DNA from: Octopus sinensis
Lineage: Eukaryota
NCBI RefSeq assembly: GCF_006345805.1
Contig: NC_042997.1
Span: forward strand, 182,590,001-182,654,000
Direction: 5' to 3'
Length of the DNA: 64,000 nucleotides
The notes beneath the pieces were generated by a model that was not told the DNA's origin, made no database searches, and saw only the letters and a list, made by a program, of their open reading frames with translations. Below are positions 38,007-53,116 of this stretch, piece after piece; position 1 is the first letter of the stretch, and each line of letters begins with the position of its first letter. The translations under genes and the position numbers were made by a program.

Positions 38007-41000
38007 AATGCCTATATCAGACATTGTTTTGTTCCAAATTGTATAATATGTAGACGTAAAATACACAGCAACCTTTTAAACTGTACCTGTTATTGGCTGA
38101 TAGACCAAACTTGTTGCCCAATTTATCACCACCACCTGGTTCATGTGTGCCTTTAGTAATGCCAACTGTTACAAACTCTTGGATCAGGTCTCTCTCAGAG
38201 GATTGATAAATCAGTGTCTTGATTCACTGGCTCACACAGTAGCAATATACAAGAACCTCCCTTGTACAAGTCTTGGATGTTCTGCTAAAAGTCATGGACA
38301 CTGTCCCTTCTTGTAGGCCATAAAATATCTAAATTAGTCCTAATTAAGCTGACCTTGTGATAAGGCATTGTAGCTGTAACCATCTAGTATTCTTTTCTTT
38401 TTCAGACCTAGTGTATCCTTCTCCTCCCCCCCCCCCACTTTTTTTTTTTTTTTCTAAGAGAAGAGTTTGTTTTGAGGGAGACCTAGATGCTATCCCTATA
38501 TTAGCTCATTACAGCTTGAATATATGGTATTATTTTCCCTCAACTCTATTCCTCAATTCTAAAGGTTCTTTTTTTTTTTTTCGTGATAGATTCAATTCAG
38601 ACCCATTTGATTGTATCATACATTTATTGGTATTGATTGTAGACATGTAGACACTTTTGAATCCTTATAATTTCATTTCTCAAAGAATATTGAAATTTAA
38701 AAGTGTAACATAACTGTTGATAGTCTCATTCTGACTACTAATGTTTTGTCAGTGTCCCACTATGTAATGTGGATTAATGATGGATCAGCTATTTTTAACT
38801 TAGTAATGTTTATTACAGCAATTGTACTTGCAAATTACACATTAGTCTTTATCAAATTATAAATGAAAGAAACATATCAAAGGTGAAAAGTGAGCAGACT
38901 ATGTAAATTGGTTGATTGTTTCAAATCAGGGATTTACCTTGAACTAACTAACTAACACTGTTCTAGCTATGTTTAAAGATCTTGTATTATGTGGTATTGA
39001 AACTAAATATTAGGTTCACAAAATCATTATTTTATCTTCTCCACTTATGACTAATTATTATAATCCCTTAATGTAACTTTTCTACATGAGATAATTTTTT
39101 AATTCTGAAAATCTAGTTGTGAATATTATCATAAATTACAGGATGTAACTTATTTGGATTTTGTTTTTTCTGTAATTAATGTAGTAGAGATGGTGCTGTA
39201 AGTAGACAGTTGGAGTAGCTGCTTTAAAATATCTAATCTGATATTTCATAATTGAAAATCCTGCCTGAATCATTAAATACCAGTAATACATTGAGAAGAA
39301 ATTAATTCCACTATATTATCTTTCAAAAAAAATTAACCTATTGCCCCCTGAAAAATGTTAACATGCAGTTAACTTATACCCTTGTCCTTGCTAAAAAATG
39401 GAACTGAAGATTTGTGGAAGGCACTATGATGCAACATTTAAGATCTTCATTGACTGAATCCATGTTTTGATTCCAATTCTTTTTTAGAGCCACTTTCTAA
39501 TGCTTTGAAGAAAGACATCAAATATCACCATTCAAATATTGGATTGATTTAATTGATTACATTTGTCTCTCAAAACTTTGTAAGAATTCTTCATTATTGT
39601 TGTTGTGAACTGAATCTCTGACCTTATTTTAATTCCTGGTCAGTTGGAATTCCTCCACTTCACAAACATCCACATTGACTCTCCTTCTAAGATGTAATAA
39701 CCTGTGTAAAAGACAAAAAAACCCCTCTTCTTTATTACTCAGTTATTAGATCTTTATATTAAGAGACCAGTTTTAGTGAAGTGTTTTCTGCATATTGGAA
39801 AACATTGTGTCTAGCTCTTTCCCACTCCAAAAAATAAGGATAGATGTAACTAGACATCGGTCTTGAACATGATGGATTGAATTATTTTATAAATATTATT
39901 ATTTTTAGAAATCAATTTTTCAATATTTGATTGTTTTGTTTTTTTTTTCTTTTCTTTTTCTTTTTGTTTGTTTTTGGCAGTTTTGAATATATTAATTTTT
40001 TTTTCCTAAATTATAATTTTATTAAATGGCAACATACCTACCTAACAAGCAAGAAGAGGAAGAAAAAGCTTGTGCTTAGAATTGAATCATTAATTTCAAT
40101 TTTTATCTTTATGCACAATTTTACTTTGTTTATTTTGTTATTTATTTAATATATACATGAATCTAATAGCACTATTTCATTGATAAATTATTTGCACCAT
40201 ATGTAGTTTTATATAAACTCTTCACTGGTTTAGCAAAAGTAGTTTAGGATTAAATAATTTATTATTATACTTACACATTTTATCTATTTAGTTACTCTAT
40301 CTGCATTTTATGCTACTCATTTCAATTGGGTATGGTGATTATCTCAGATTGGTTTACATTTTGTGAGTGTTTTTCATTGGACATTACTTGGCATTCTGAG
40401 CAAAACTGCAATCTAGTGGGTACTGTTTCCTCATAGGGCCTTGCTATTTGTCAGCTTTCTCCTGGAACATTACATATGCGTGTATGAAGTTTAAAAAATA
40501 AAAGAATAATTGTTTATCACTAAAGTGGTTTGTGAATCTACTGTTCTCAGGACATGAGAATTTACACATTGTAAATTCTTTTACTTCCTCCATTTTTCAG
40601 ACAAGTGTTCTCTGTAAGAAACACAATTAGCTTATTGAATCCATGCAACATTTAGATATCCTGTTTCAGTATAGTTCTAAACACACACACACCTACATAC
40701 ATACATAGAAATATTGGGACCATTTTATTAGTTCAGGAAACTCTTACAATTATTAATTTAACTGTAGTTGAAGTTATTTCTGTCAACATTTTCTAAAATT
40801 TCAATTAATCCATGTCAATTTTGTTGCAACATTTAAAGTTTATTTTTTATACTATTATTTTGAAATATATTGTTAAAGAATTAGAATTTTCTTTCTTCTG
40901 AATTCTGTAATTCAAATTTCCAAATAAAGATTTCTCCTGGAATATTATCACACATTACAGTACTTGTGAAATAATTAAAGTACAAAACCATCTTATTAAG

Positions 41001-41250
41001 AATATACGTTTATATTTACAGTTTGATTACTTGATACTAATAATATTTCTGTTTAGAGTTAGACAGTTAATTATTATTACTTTTAGCTATTTTTTAGGGC
41101 ATGCGGGTTTTTCTTTTCTTTTTAACTGAAAGAAAAAATAATGATAATTTAGGCTATAAAATATTTCTCATTTTCAATTCTTTTACTACTGTCTTTTTTC
41201 TGCTCTTTTTTTTCTTATTATCATTGAGAGTGTATGTTTCATTGTTATAG

Positions 41251-41436
41251 CCCCAAAAGGTCATCACTACCTGATATCCCATTGACTCCCAGGGAGCAGG
41301 AGATCCTGGACTTAACCAGCAGACAGCTCAACGATGGCCCCCTATCCCATTCCTCTGACAGCATTTTAGATGATCCTGATGATTCCCCACCTCCCAAACC
41401 TCCTCTCCCCCCAGGCATGGATACTCAAATACCCAG
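41251..41436 (+). CDS. RAPGEF1: RAPGEF1/C3G exon D (contains proline-rich P0 motif)
   Basis: Acceptor ttatag|C (an alternative in-frame AG lies at 41258-41259), donor AG|gtaatg, phase 2-2. SLPDIPLTPREQEILDLT...DDSPPPKPPLP matches C3G ELPLTDREVEILNKT...APPKPPLP. Confidence 0.92.
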
Positions 41437-41446
41437 GTAATGGCTA

Positions 41447-41540
41447 TTGTTGCTACTACTCCTAATACTACTACTACTACTACCACCACACTACTACTAC
41501 CACCACCATTACTACTACCACCACTACTATTGCTACTGTC
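41447..41540. repeat. (ACT/ACC)n compound trinucleotide repeat just 3' of exon D
   Basis: Direct read. Confidence 0.85.
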
Positions 41541-42525
41541 ACCAAACTATTTAACCATTACTGATACTATTAATACCTCTACATCTATATAACTGTCTCA
41601 TCTTCCCAATATTGTACAAGAAAATTAAAAATAAAATATCTCCAGGTATCACTGAGACTGCTAACCACTGTATATCTGTATAATGATTAGGGAAAGTTCA
41701 CTCTTACTGATATAAGCTTTATCAAGAAGATGTGATTGGGCAGTTTAAAAGACACAATTTAAAAAATATTTTCTATTGCTTGCTTACTTATACAGGAGAA
41801 AGTGATAAACCTATTGCCACATTAAAGAGGTTACTAATTTACAACTTGATGAATTTGCACTGTTTTTTATAGTTCTTTAGATTTAATAAGTTCTCCTAGC
41901 TAATGTTTATACTTCCTATTTTCAGTGCCTCTTTGAAATTCTTATTATTGATATATTTTATTATGTATATGTAGGGACTAGGGACAGGCAATGTTGTTGG
42001 TAGAGCAGAGTTGCATAGAGTACTCTTTATGGGTAGATAAGTAGTTATATCATGGTGGTCAGCTTTGCACTTCATTATGCTAGTATCATTAAGATAAAAG
42101 CCATTTTAGTCAATTGGATGTACTTCCATCCTAACAAACCATTGGTTATGTAAGAATTAAGGAAATAAAGTATGCATCCAAATATCCTTCTTTCCCAAGC
42201 TTGAGATCCTTTTTAGATGTTTTATCTTTCATATGTCTTTAGTTAGTATGAGGAATTGGCAGAAGAGGAGCACTCTCAATAGTGAGAGATAATATAGCAG
42301 CAGAGTAAGTTTAATACAGTTGATATTCAGTTGGAATTGTAACTTATGGTTTGAGAAGAAAATATAGACTGGAACAGAATTTCAATGGGATACAAATCCA
42401 AAGAGAAATAGGAAAAAGTGTTTCATACTTGATGGGAATTAAAATTAATACCAGTTGTATTAAGTAGCAAAGCATAACTTGTAAAATATTATGGAGGGGA
42501 GGGGAACCTACATTCTCCAAATATA

Positions 42526-42875
42526 AGCACAGGTGTGGCTGTGTGGTAAGAAGCTTGCTTCCCAACCTCATGGTTCCGAGTTCAGTCCCACTGCATGGCA
42601 CTTTGGACAGGTGTCTTCTGCTATTGCCTCAAGCCAACCAAAGCCTTGTAAATAGATTTGGTAGATGGAAATTAAAAGAACTATGTTGTGTATGTGTGTG
42701 TGTATTTGTGTCTGTTTGTCCCCCACCACCTCTTGATATGTTGGTATGTTTACATCCCCATAACTTATCAGGCTTTAAAAAAAGATAAGTACTGGAGTCA
42801 ATTTATTTGACTAAAAATTCTTCAAGGCAGTGCCAAAGCATGGACACAGCCTAATAACTGAAACAAGTAAAAGAT
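42526..42875 (+). mobile_element. SINE family a
   Basis: Homology to 25885-26280. Confidence 0.8.
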
Positions 42876-45800
42876 AAAAAATAAAATACAAAATTTTGTC
42901 CTTTCAAGAGAGTTAAAAATGTAACAATTTTATTTGAAAAATTAACAAAGCATTTAGCACGGCATTTTTAGGAAATGTACTTGAAGAAGCTAATACTGAT
43001 TAATATGAGCAGCATTATTTGGGTTTTTTTTTTTTTTTTTTACATTTGCTTTTTCATTCTAGAATAAGCTAACCATTTCTGAAAATTGAAACCTTTCATA
43101 AATTTGGAGACACTATAATTTTGCATCTATAAGCACACATTTGAAAACTAATATTTGTTTTGAGATCATTTGAGACAATAACAGAAATTCACTGAATGTT
43201 TCTGAATCCATTGCTAAGCCAGTGCTAATTTAAACAGTCAACCATTTGGTTTATTTATTAGTCCAGTAACTTAACTATTTAACTAGTCTATCTTGTGTAT
43301 GAAGACTCTTGAAGGTGATGTGTGATAACTAATCAGTTGTTTGAACTTGTCAACCTGTATATAACATTATTTTTTCAAATACAAAATTGTATATTATATT
43401 GCATAATAATGATAAAAAATAAAACTAACATTGAAATTTGTAAAGAAAGTAGATGTAATTTAAGTTTTAATGAGGAAAAAATTGAGAATTTGATATTGAC
43501 TAGTTGCATATTTAATTTGATTTTGAATATTATATCAAGCAGTATCATTGTATTGCTTTTGTACTGATCTTTTGTTTGTCTTTCCCACACGTGCATGCAC
43601 ATATACAAATACAACTTATAAAATATAATCTGACAATTATATTTTATAATTAGAATAAATGAAATAAAGAAAATTCAGTAATTATTACATTCATTGTAAT
43701 ATAAAGCAGAATTTTATAAGATTTAAATTCAAGTTTCTTTTAAATTATATGTCCAAATATGCCATTGTCATTTTCTTTTTAACACAAGTTCTGAATTTTT
43801 TATGGTAATGTCTAGTAAAAAACTTTTTTTTACCATATTTGGTAAATATAACTTATAGTAATCATCATCGTTTAATGTCTGCTTTCTATGCTGGTTTGGG
43901 TTGGACGGTTTGACTTAGGACTGGCAAGCCAAGAGGCTGTACCAGGCTCCAATCTGATCTGGCAAGGTTTCTACAGCTGGATATATCTTTAATACAACAT
44001 AATAGTTTTATGTATGTTGTGAAAAATCTAATAAAGAGTTATTTATATTTAAACTGTAACTATAGTTTAGATTGTATTGTGAATAATGAACTTACAAAAA
44101 TATGAAATTTCATGAAAATTGACCCTTTGTAGGCATTCATTGTCTAAGGTAAAAATGTCATTTTTATACAGCTACCTTAATGATTAAGGGTTAGAAACAT
44201 TAGCATGAATACAAGCCATTTACAAGCTTTACAACTTCTGGCAATGCTCTTTTTGTATTATAATAGATACTATTGGGAGCCCATCCTAAAATAGTTTGAG
44301 TTATTATCAGGATCTAAGCTATAATAAAGCTGTTGTAAAAAATTGTTTTGACAGTGTTGCACATGCAAAACTAGCTTGCGCTAAGATAAAACTCCAGTTG
44401 CTGCTATAAGTTAGCTAATTTTGGAATGTTTTAAATAAACAAATCTCAATGAGAAGGGAAAATAGCATATCTTTAATCTAAAAATAAGTATTAAAAAAAG
44501 GAAAAGAATATATTTACTATAGCTTCACATAAATTTGTTAATTAATTCTGTTTAATGTTCAGACAATTCTATATGTGCTAGATCTAATTTAACATTTTTA
44601 TAGTATTATGTTAGTGTAAAGTAGTGTGGGATTATAATTATTTACTAAAAGTATGACTGCGTTTCTTATCCGGTCTATTTCATTAGACATATTTGGAGTA
44701 TCTCAAATTTATCTTCATACAAGCTTCTGTTTGATATATAATTCCAATACTATTTTCTCATTAACAATGTGTGAAAAATTCTGCATCTTTTTCCAGGTTA
44801 CTATTGACAGTTATATATCTATTCCTTCTATTATAAAACTTGCGGGTCACTTTCTTTTGTAACTAGGCAGGGGAATATTTGATTGCAATTCTTTAGGTTC
44901 CATTTCACTGTTTTTTTTTTATATCTTCAATAATTTCAAAATTGATTTAACAGCAATTTTTAGAATTTTTTTTTCAAATAGTGATATACTATTACTGGCT
45001 TAACTAAAAGATTTTTGATGTGTTTTTGGAGTGAAAAAATATTATAAAACCTTTTGTAAGCTATTTGAAAGAGTGAGTTGGGTAATAATGGGATACAGTG
45101 GATTATAATTCCTAAGACAAGGCTAGAAACCGCTGAGAAGCAACTATAATTTTAAATTCTTTAGAAAAAAGACAAGGTTAGTATAGCTCAGAGTGGACGA
45201 AAGGCTACAGGTTATGAGTACTAGCAGATTTGCTCTTAAAGCATATCACTTTGTATTTTCTTACCCAATTGAAAATATAAATGGATATATGTCATTCTGC
45301 TAATAGAGGCAAAAGTCTGTGAATTTTTTTTTCAAGGGTTTCATTTAACATACATAGAAAATATTATGATGGAATAATGTTGAAATATTTCAACTTGCCA
45401 TTAATAGAGGAAGCACAATTGGGAAGAAAACACAATAGCTACTGTCAACTTTGTGATAGGCATGACAGTTGCCTATCACATTTGATAACCATCAAACTCA
45501 ACAATTCTGATGTCGTTTATTTTGATACATCACACAATTAGTGGTTCAGTACATTTTTTGGTAGCCATCTCACATATAGTAGACATCTTCCTCTGACTTA
45601 AACTTCAGCCATTTCATGAACTTCTATAACCTGTTAGTTTATATTTTAATTATATGTAATTTTAGGGAACAACTAACTTTTAAACATAGATCATCTAATT
45701 GTAAACAGAAAAATTTAATAAAATAGAAAACAAATGAGAAACCCCTAGACTGTTCCACTCTATTTATATCTAACAACAGCATAACTTTTCTGAACATTTT

Positions 45801-46861
45801 TCCTGATGTAATTAGAGAAAAAGGGGTATGTTGCTGTGACAGTTAGAAGGATAAAGTACAATGATAGATGGTTGACTGGGTGAATGTTTTATACTGAGAA
45901 TGGCAATTCTTCTCCAAGTACAGGAAGATGTCATTAACAAGTGACAAAGAGGCACTCAAGTTACACAAGAAGTCTTTTGTGTCTGTATGTCTGTCTGCAT
46001 GAGTGTGCGTACAGATGTCCGTCAGATTAGTGATGTCATGAGATGTGTATGGTTTTAGTCTTTATACATTGATAATTATGTGTTTAAGTTATATATTGTG
46101 GGGTTTCCTGTTCACAGTTCTATAAGGATGTCTTCATTAATTTTAAATAAGTAGATGAAGCTCTTTTTTAAAAAAAAACAACACACATTTAAAATTGTTT
46201 TATCTATGAAGGAAGGGTGCTATCAGTAGCATAGCTTACGTGATCTTTGTCATTGTGGCTTAGCTCCAAGCCAGCTCTAACTGAGTAGATCTATGATGGC
46301 AGGCAATTCAGCTATCACCATACTGGTTTCTATGTTGTCTTTCTATATTTAGGCAGTAATATGTGATTTGAAAAAAAAATTGGCTGCTATTTCTAGTTGA
46401 TCAAGCAACCAAAGAGAAACTCCTTCATTAGCTCATAGAGGCCTTTGGAAATCAAAAAATGTAGGGAATGGATATAATCCTTTTTTTTTAAATTTATTTT
46501 TAGTAAGAGCAGGACAGTGTCCATTTCATTTGTTACTCTTCTACATGAATGAAACAGTGACATAGTCGATTAAATGTAAAGGAATTTAGTGGAAGTAATG
46601 ACTATTAGTAGTACAAGAAACAGTGAGAGAATGTTGGTCAGTGAGCATTTGCTTATCAAGAATAGATGGTTGCACTTTTAAATGTAGATTGTCATGCTTA
46701 TATGCAATGTGGAATGTAAATAATATGCAATTCTTACTCCAAAGTAAAATAAACTTGTACTTTGTATTAGTTTACTATTAGTTTAAAGCTGTAGAATTTT
46801 TCCTAAAGGAAACCAAGTTCTTGTGATATACTTATCAGAAATAGTAAAGTCTAGCATTTAA

Positions 46862-47074
46862 CTCTTTAACATTTAAACCAGCCATATACAGCCCAGATAT
46901 TCTCCATGTTTTATGTTCAAACTGACCAAATTCATCCTTTTACACTTACCATATAATGTCATTCTAAAAATCACATAACTGAAATTTATAGCCAGCGAGA
47001 TAATGCATGATGAATTCAAAGCAATTTGAATAAATAAACATTATGCTCGACAGAATAATCTGGGTGATGAAGGG
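46862..47074. mobile_element. Degenerate piggyBac-like MITE
   Basis: TTAA|ctctttaacatt ... gatgaaggg|TTAT termini resemble ccc...ggg TIRs with a TTAA TSD. Confidence 0.45.
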
Positions 47075-48505
47075 TTATAAGGAATAGGATGGCTACAGCT
47101 CAGCATAATTGAAGGAAAACATGGGAGAGAAAATAATTTCATATGCAATAGTCTTTAGATTCTTTCTTTGAATTAAAAAAGATCACTTAAGGAATAAACT
47201 GAGTTAAGATGTAAATACTAATGTTGGGTAGCCTTGTATCTTTGTTACAAGATACCTGGGCTTGTTCTTACATCACACACACTAGCCTCTCAACACCTGG
47301 CATAGAATCATTGCCCTTCCTCCCCCTTTCAAATACTAACCTTCCCAACCCCCATTTAGTTTTGGGAGCTTTTTCCTTTCTCTCTCTCTCCATCCCTTGT
47401 TCTTTATTGTTCTCGCAAGTTACTTGGCAACCTTGCTAGTGCCAGTGACATGAAAAATGACCTAGTACATTCTGTAAAGTGGTTGCCAAAGCTGACACTG
47501 GAGTCCAACTTGGCCCTACAGCTCACCCGAGCCTGTCAAACTATGCAACCTCTGCCAGCATGGAAAATGAATATTAAATGTTGAATATGATGTATTTAAA
47601 TATGAGCACATATGAAATGAAAAGTAGTAAATAAGTGCTATAATGATCTCATTGTGTAATTCTTGGTAGAAGTTTCCATGTATTACAAAAGATCCCTACT
47701 TTCTAACATTCATAGGTCTTGGCCCTAATATTTTATGGAGACCATTTATCTCTTTAGATAACTGTAGGCTCATTTCATTTTAATAACATTTGATACAAAA
47801 TTTAACTATTATTTACTCCTGTCTTATAATGAGGAGTTGCTCTGAGGATGAATAAAAGTGGGCAGAAAATTACCATGTTCAATAAAACAGAGTTTTAAAC
47901 TTCTTAAAACTTGTCCAACACTGTGGTAGACAAAGAAGAATTATATTGAAGCAAACTCTAATCTGTCTTTGAATTAATAAAGTTGTAATAGGGGAGGGCA
48001 AAGAATTTCACTAATGTTTGAGGTGAGGAGCTGGGATTTGCCAATTTAAAACTGCTAGTCTTCTCCACAGTTTTGATGGTTGAAAATAAAATATTGTATT
48101 TTATAAGTTAGAAATTAAAACAACCCACAGTGTTAGTGCATTGATTAATTTTGTGCACTTATGTTCACCAGGAATCAATCTGTTTCACTTCATAATGGAA
48201 TGGGAATGTACCAGGGATAGTATCCAGCAATAGAATACCTGCTTTATTCTAAAAGCAAGTATCAGTGTAGTTGTCTGAAAGGAACTCGGGCAAACATGAC
48301 AGAATATAAGTAAAGCCCAGGATTATGTGATCTAATGCTCAAGAATGTTGGACAATGAAATATTAGTCAGTTGACTATTTTCTCAAATGGAAATACTGTA
48401 AACAGTGCATTGTTAACACACATTGTATAAATGAACATGAGTAGCTTTCTTAGTTAAATATCTACAATTGAAAAGGATTCTATCAGTAATGTATGCTAGT
48501 TAAAT

Positions 48506-48537
48506 TCTCTCCTCTCTCTCTTTCTCTCTCTCTCTCT

Positions 48538-48604
<67 letters not shown>

Positions 48605-48615
48605 TTCTTTCTTTT
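48506..48615. repeat. Interrupted (CT)n polypyrimidine tract, about 110 nt
   Basis: Direct read. Confidence 0.95.
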
Positions 48616-49624
48616 GACCTTTAATTCCTTTGTGCAAAGAGGAAATGGCATCTTAGTAAATCTTAATTGCACTCTCATATCTACAACTGAAGAAACACTG
48701 ATCTAAGTATATTAAAATAAATAAAAGGAAGTAGTAGTCATCTCCAAGGCACTGCCAACTACTTTCACTGAGAACTTCCTTCTCTTAGCAAATGCACCAA
48801 CATTATCAACAGTTTGGAAAATACCATCATTGATACTTTGGGAACTACTATCACCATCCTCATCATCATCATCATCATCACTATAAGCTGTCACAAGGAA
48901 GTTTTAACATTGTCATTTGACATGCTGGAAATAGCAACCTATCTTCCTTCATAAAAAAAGAAAGGGCATATTGGATAATGTAATGAGGTGGTTATGACTG
49001 AGATACTTTTGGTCATAGTTCTGCTTGATCCAATTTAGAGTTAAGTAACAAAAAAGCATCACAACATCATAGTGCAGTTGCAATAAGTTTTAATTATTTA
49101 ATGTTTACAAGGAAATGTGAAAACGGGTTTTTAAAAGCCTGGAAAATACTAATTGCCAATCATTAAATTTTGTCTGAAAACACAAGATCATTGGGTAAAC
49201 CAAAGAACTGTTCCTCTTCTCCATTTAATTTCTGTTAGCTGTTTCTCAATGCAATAAATTGTCTCCCCACGCTTCTTTAACTTCAATTTCCAGACCACTT
49301 TATTTCATGTTACTCCAGTCCACTCAGCTAGAAATAGGTAAGTTTGGGAGGGATTGGCATACAAGGGTGAGATGATAACTTTGGAAAATCACCTAAATGA
49401 GGTCTTGTGAGCCACATTTTGTATTCAGTGAGTAAAAGAATGAATAGTACAACCTGTACTGTGAATCAGACTGGTTGGGACTGATTATTCAACTTCGTCA
49501 AAGGTCAATCAGTCAGTCAGTTAATCAAATCTTCATCTATTAATTTTCATATCTTCCAATCCTTTAATGCTCTCAAATCTACAGAATTTTATTTTTATTC
49601 ATGTATTTACTTTGTCTAGAGGAG

Positions 49625-49810
49625 AAACAAACACACACACACACACTTACATAGAGGCTTCTTTCAGTTTCCATCTACAAAATCCACTTGCAAGATTTTG
49701 GTCAACCCAGGGCTATAGCAGAAGACGCTTACCTAGGCTGCAACACAGCAGGATTGGACTCGAAACCTTGTAGTTGAGAAGCAAACTTCTTAACCACATA
49801 ACTACATCTG
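49625..49810 (-). mobile_element. SINE family a, 5' half
   Basis: Reverse-complement homology to the family a head. Confidence 0.7.
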
Positions 49811-49885
49811 CACTTTTGTATGTATGCATACATACATAAATATATATACATACGCACACAAACAAACATATATATACATGTATGC

Positions 49886-50663
49886 CAGTGGCATATGGTG
49901 GTTGTTATCATTGGGTGTGCTGCCACACTGACCATACTATGACTAACATTAGTATTACTTAAATTAGACATACAAACTGTGTATTTCTATTCAAAATGCA
50001 GGATCCAAAATGTAAATAATGTAAACTTAATTCAATTGGGATACAGATATATGGCACTAAAGTAAACTGAATTAATAATACCCTATAAATTGTAAGCATC
50101 CTAAAATAAGCCATAATTTTCTTAGGCGCACATACTGAAAAATAAGAAACCATATAATTTTACTTACTTAAATTACTTATATGTAAGTTCTGTTCTTCTT
50201 CAAGGTGTAAAATGTTCAATAACCTCATTGTACAATGAACCATTTTGATCTTAATTTGTTTTCACAACTAATAATAATGTTATGTGATGATATTGTAAGA
50301 AAAAATTATTGCAAAAAAATGTTAGTTTTAGTTTAGGAATTTAAAATTAATTTAAGCATACAACTCACCACAAAAACAAACGTGGCCGTACAGTCAAAGC
50401 TGTTGCAGACTCATTGCCTTTAATTTGTTGCCATTCTCCCATTATCCTACAATACGCCCAGTACCATATTATGATACAATGTTCTGTGAGGTGTGCAGTG
50501 TTATTTCAGGACACCCACCAACAAATTTCAAGCTGGGGTATAACAAAAGTTTTCCATTGTGATTTGTAATTGAATTAATGAATAAGGTTAATATTTACAA
50601 TGAATTTGCTATTTTCAGTGGGTGTGCAATGTACATGTAGCACACCCAAAGTATACACCCCTG
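49886..50663. mobile_element. Non-autonomous hAT-superfamily DNA transposon (778 bp)
   Basis: Perfect 8-bp TSD atgtatgc (49878-49885 and 50664-50671); degenerate TIRs CAGTGGCATAT / rc CAGGGGTGTAT (8/11); subterminal gggtgtgc...gcacaccc hairpin at 50620-50647; no transposase ORF seen. Confidence 0.8.
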
Positions 50664-50705
50664 ATGTATGCATATACACACACATACACACGCATATAGA
50701 TGTAT

Positions 50706-50750
<45 letters not shown>

Positions 50751-51062
50751 CAGAATAGGAGAATGTAGGGTGAAATTATTTACTTATAGCATCTTTATAT
50801 GTGATTCAATAACAATTACAGTTGTCACATGTAAAGGCACTATAAATAAATAACTTCAGCCTGTATACTCTGACAATTACAGTCAGCAAAGTTGTAACAT
50901 GGAGCCATGCTACAAGTATGGTACCATAATTCCATGTTCTTCCCAGAACATAATGAAATATATGGAGCGCTAGCTGATGGACAGGTGACACAACTTGTCC
51001 CAAATCCCATTTAGGGGCAATGGACATTAGTGTTTTATCATTTTTGTTGTTTATCAACATCA

Positions 51063-51108
<46 letters not shown>

Positions 51109-52870
51109 ATTAAGACTACCATTGGTTTTGATGTTAAGAAGATTATCTCAACAATTTTTCAAGCCATCACATGGGGGAATGGTGTTTGTCTCCATAACAG
51201 AGATGAACACCATTCCTCCATGTGATCAGCTTGAAATATTGTTATGATATTAAGATATTTTTCTTAACATGAAAACAATGGTAACTTTAATAAACAAATA
51301 AAGAAATTTTATCCACCAATGTAGTGTTGAGCACTCATTCTCATTGTTCAACATTTACACACACACGCACACATATAATAAATCATCATCTACATACTAA
51401 ATAATGAGAATCAAAACAGTTGATTTGCGTACTTGTTCATAATATATTCTGGCAGATTCAAATGTGAATATGCTAGTCAACATGTTAGGTGTGTATGTGT
51501 GCGTACTTATACGTATATATATATATATACACATGTAAATATGTATGTATGTATGTATATGCTCAGTAGCTAACAAAACAGAAATTAAATGTAGCTACCA
51601 AACCAAATTTAGATCAGATCTGCCTTAAAAAATGAAAGTACAGTTGGATAATGTAGTTCTAGGTTATAACTGTAATGTTGGTCATAAGTTTAGTCAATCA
51701 GAGCTGACTTGTAGCTAAACAACTGTAAGAGCTAACTTGCTGGAATGTCTATGAACACCATGGGAACATGCTAAGTCCTGTTCACTTCCAAATTTCAAAC
51801 TTTGTCAAATACACATCAAGATGACTGTTTTTCCTTTTTTCAAAACTAAAAAGTTTTATCTATGAACAACTATAATACTCCTCAATTCCCAAGTATGTTC
51901 ATTTGCAGAGCACTGTCTCTCTTATAGCTTTGCACAAGGCTTTTTATCATTGGCTATTCCTCTCTTTAACTGAACCACTTTTAATTCATTTTGGTAAGAG
52001 GATCTCCAGGGACACTAGGTGATCTCCATTTTCTTTAGTCAAGGAAAATGAGGGAAAAAAATCTTATTTTTATTTTATGATTTCCCTTTTAGTTGCAATC
52101 ATATTTTTTCTGCTTCTGTGTTTAGTTTGGTCTGGGTTAGAGGTTTTATTTCTTTAAGGGCATCTTATAATGACACAGTTTAGCATAGTCTACAATAACA
52201 TATGGCTTAATCAAATCTTAAAGATGAATTTATTGTTGATCTCTTTTGTGTTGCACCAAATTTCTATTGTACACTATAAATATGCTTCTTATGAATCACT
52301 TGCAACCTTGATTTTTATCCATAATATTAATCATTTCACTTCTTTTATGTCACAATTTATACACAATTTTTATACACAATACACAATTTGTACACAATTT
52401 TATTTTACTCACTCATAAATCGAAGCTTATGTAAAAAAAAAAATTTGTTGCTTCCATTTAGGTATCAAGATTTAACAGCATTTGCAATTTAATTTTTCAT
52501 TTCTCCATGGGAGATATATATATATATATACATATATAACATGAACAGTAAGAATGAGTACTCAATAGTGGATAAATATTTTTTACTTGTGGATCAAAAG
52601 TGTTACCAATGGTTTCATCTGGAAAGAATTTCTACACTTTTCCAAGTGTTCAGTTAAAAATGTTGGTAATTGCCTCCATTTTGGATGGGACAACTCGAGA
52701 TTACACAAGATAATTCATGACAGCAAAATTAATAGATACACAGATAAACATAAGCAACTTATTTAGAGACTTAATTAACTATTATTGATATTGAGCTTTT
52801 TGCAAGAATTTGTATTCAACACAGATTAATTGCATTATCCATGTGCACCCATATATATATATATATATAT

Positions 52871-53075
52871 TATGTGAAATAGAAAGATGAATAATCTTGT
52901 AGTAGATTAATCAACAGTTTAACCGATACCTTAGTAGCAAAAATCACAGCAGTAAACAGCACGGTTGGAGGTACAACCATCTGGCGTTGCAACCGTGCGT
53001 TGGTGCGGATAATTGAAATTAAAACATTATTGGTGAATTGAAGAAATGGAGCTGAACGCAGATTGAACAGAAATC

Positions 53076-53080
<5 letters not shown>
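52871..53080. repeat. CpG-containing interspersed repeat inserted in a (TA)n tract
   Basis: Flanked by (TA)n at 52851-52870 and 53081-53112; internal 9-bp stem gcacggttg/caaccgtgc (52959-52998); family not identified. Confidence 0.45.

Positions 53081-53112
<32 letters not shown>

Positions 53113-53116
<4 letters not shown>

Noticed and set aside
48290-48315. Possible alternative first exon (ATG ACA GAA TAT AA|gtaaag) in phase with exon E
   Set aside because: Such short ATG-plus-GT matches are expected by chance in an 18-kb intron; it needs transcript evidence.
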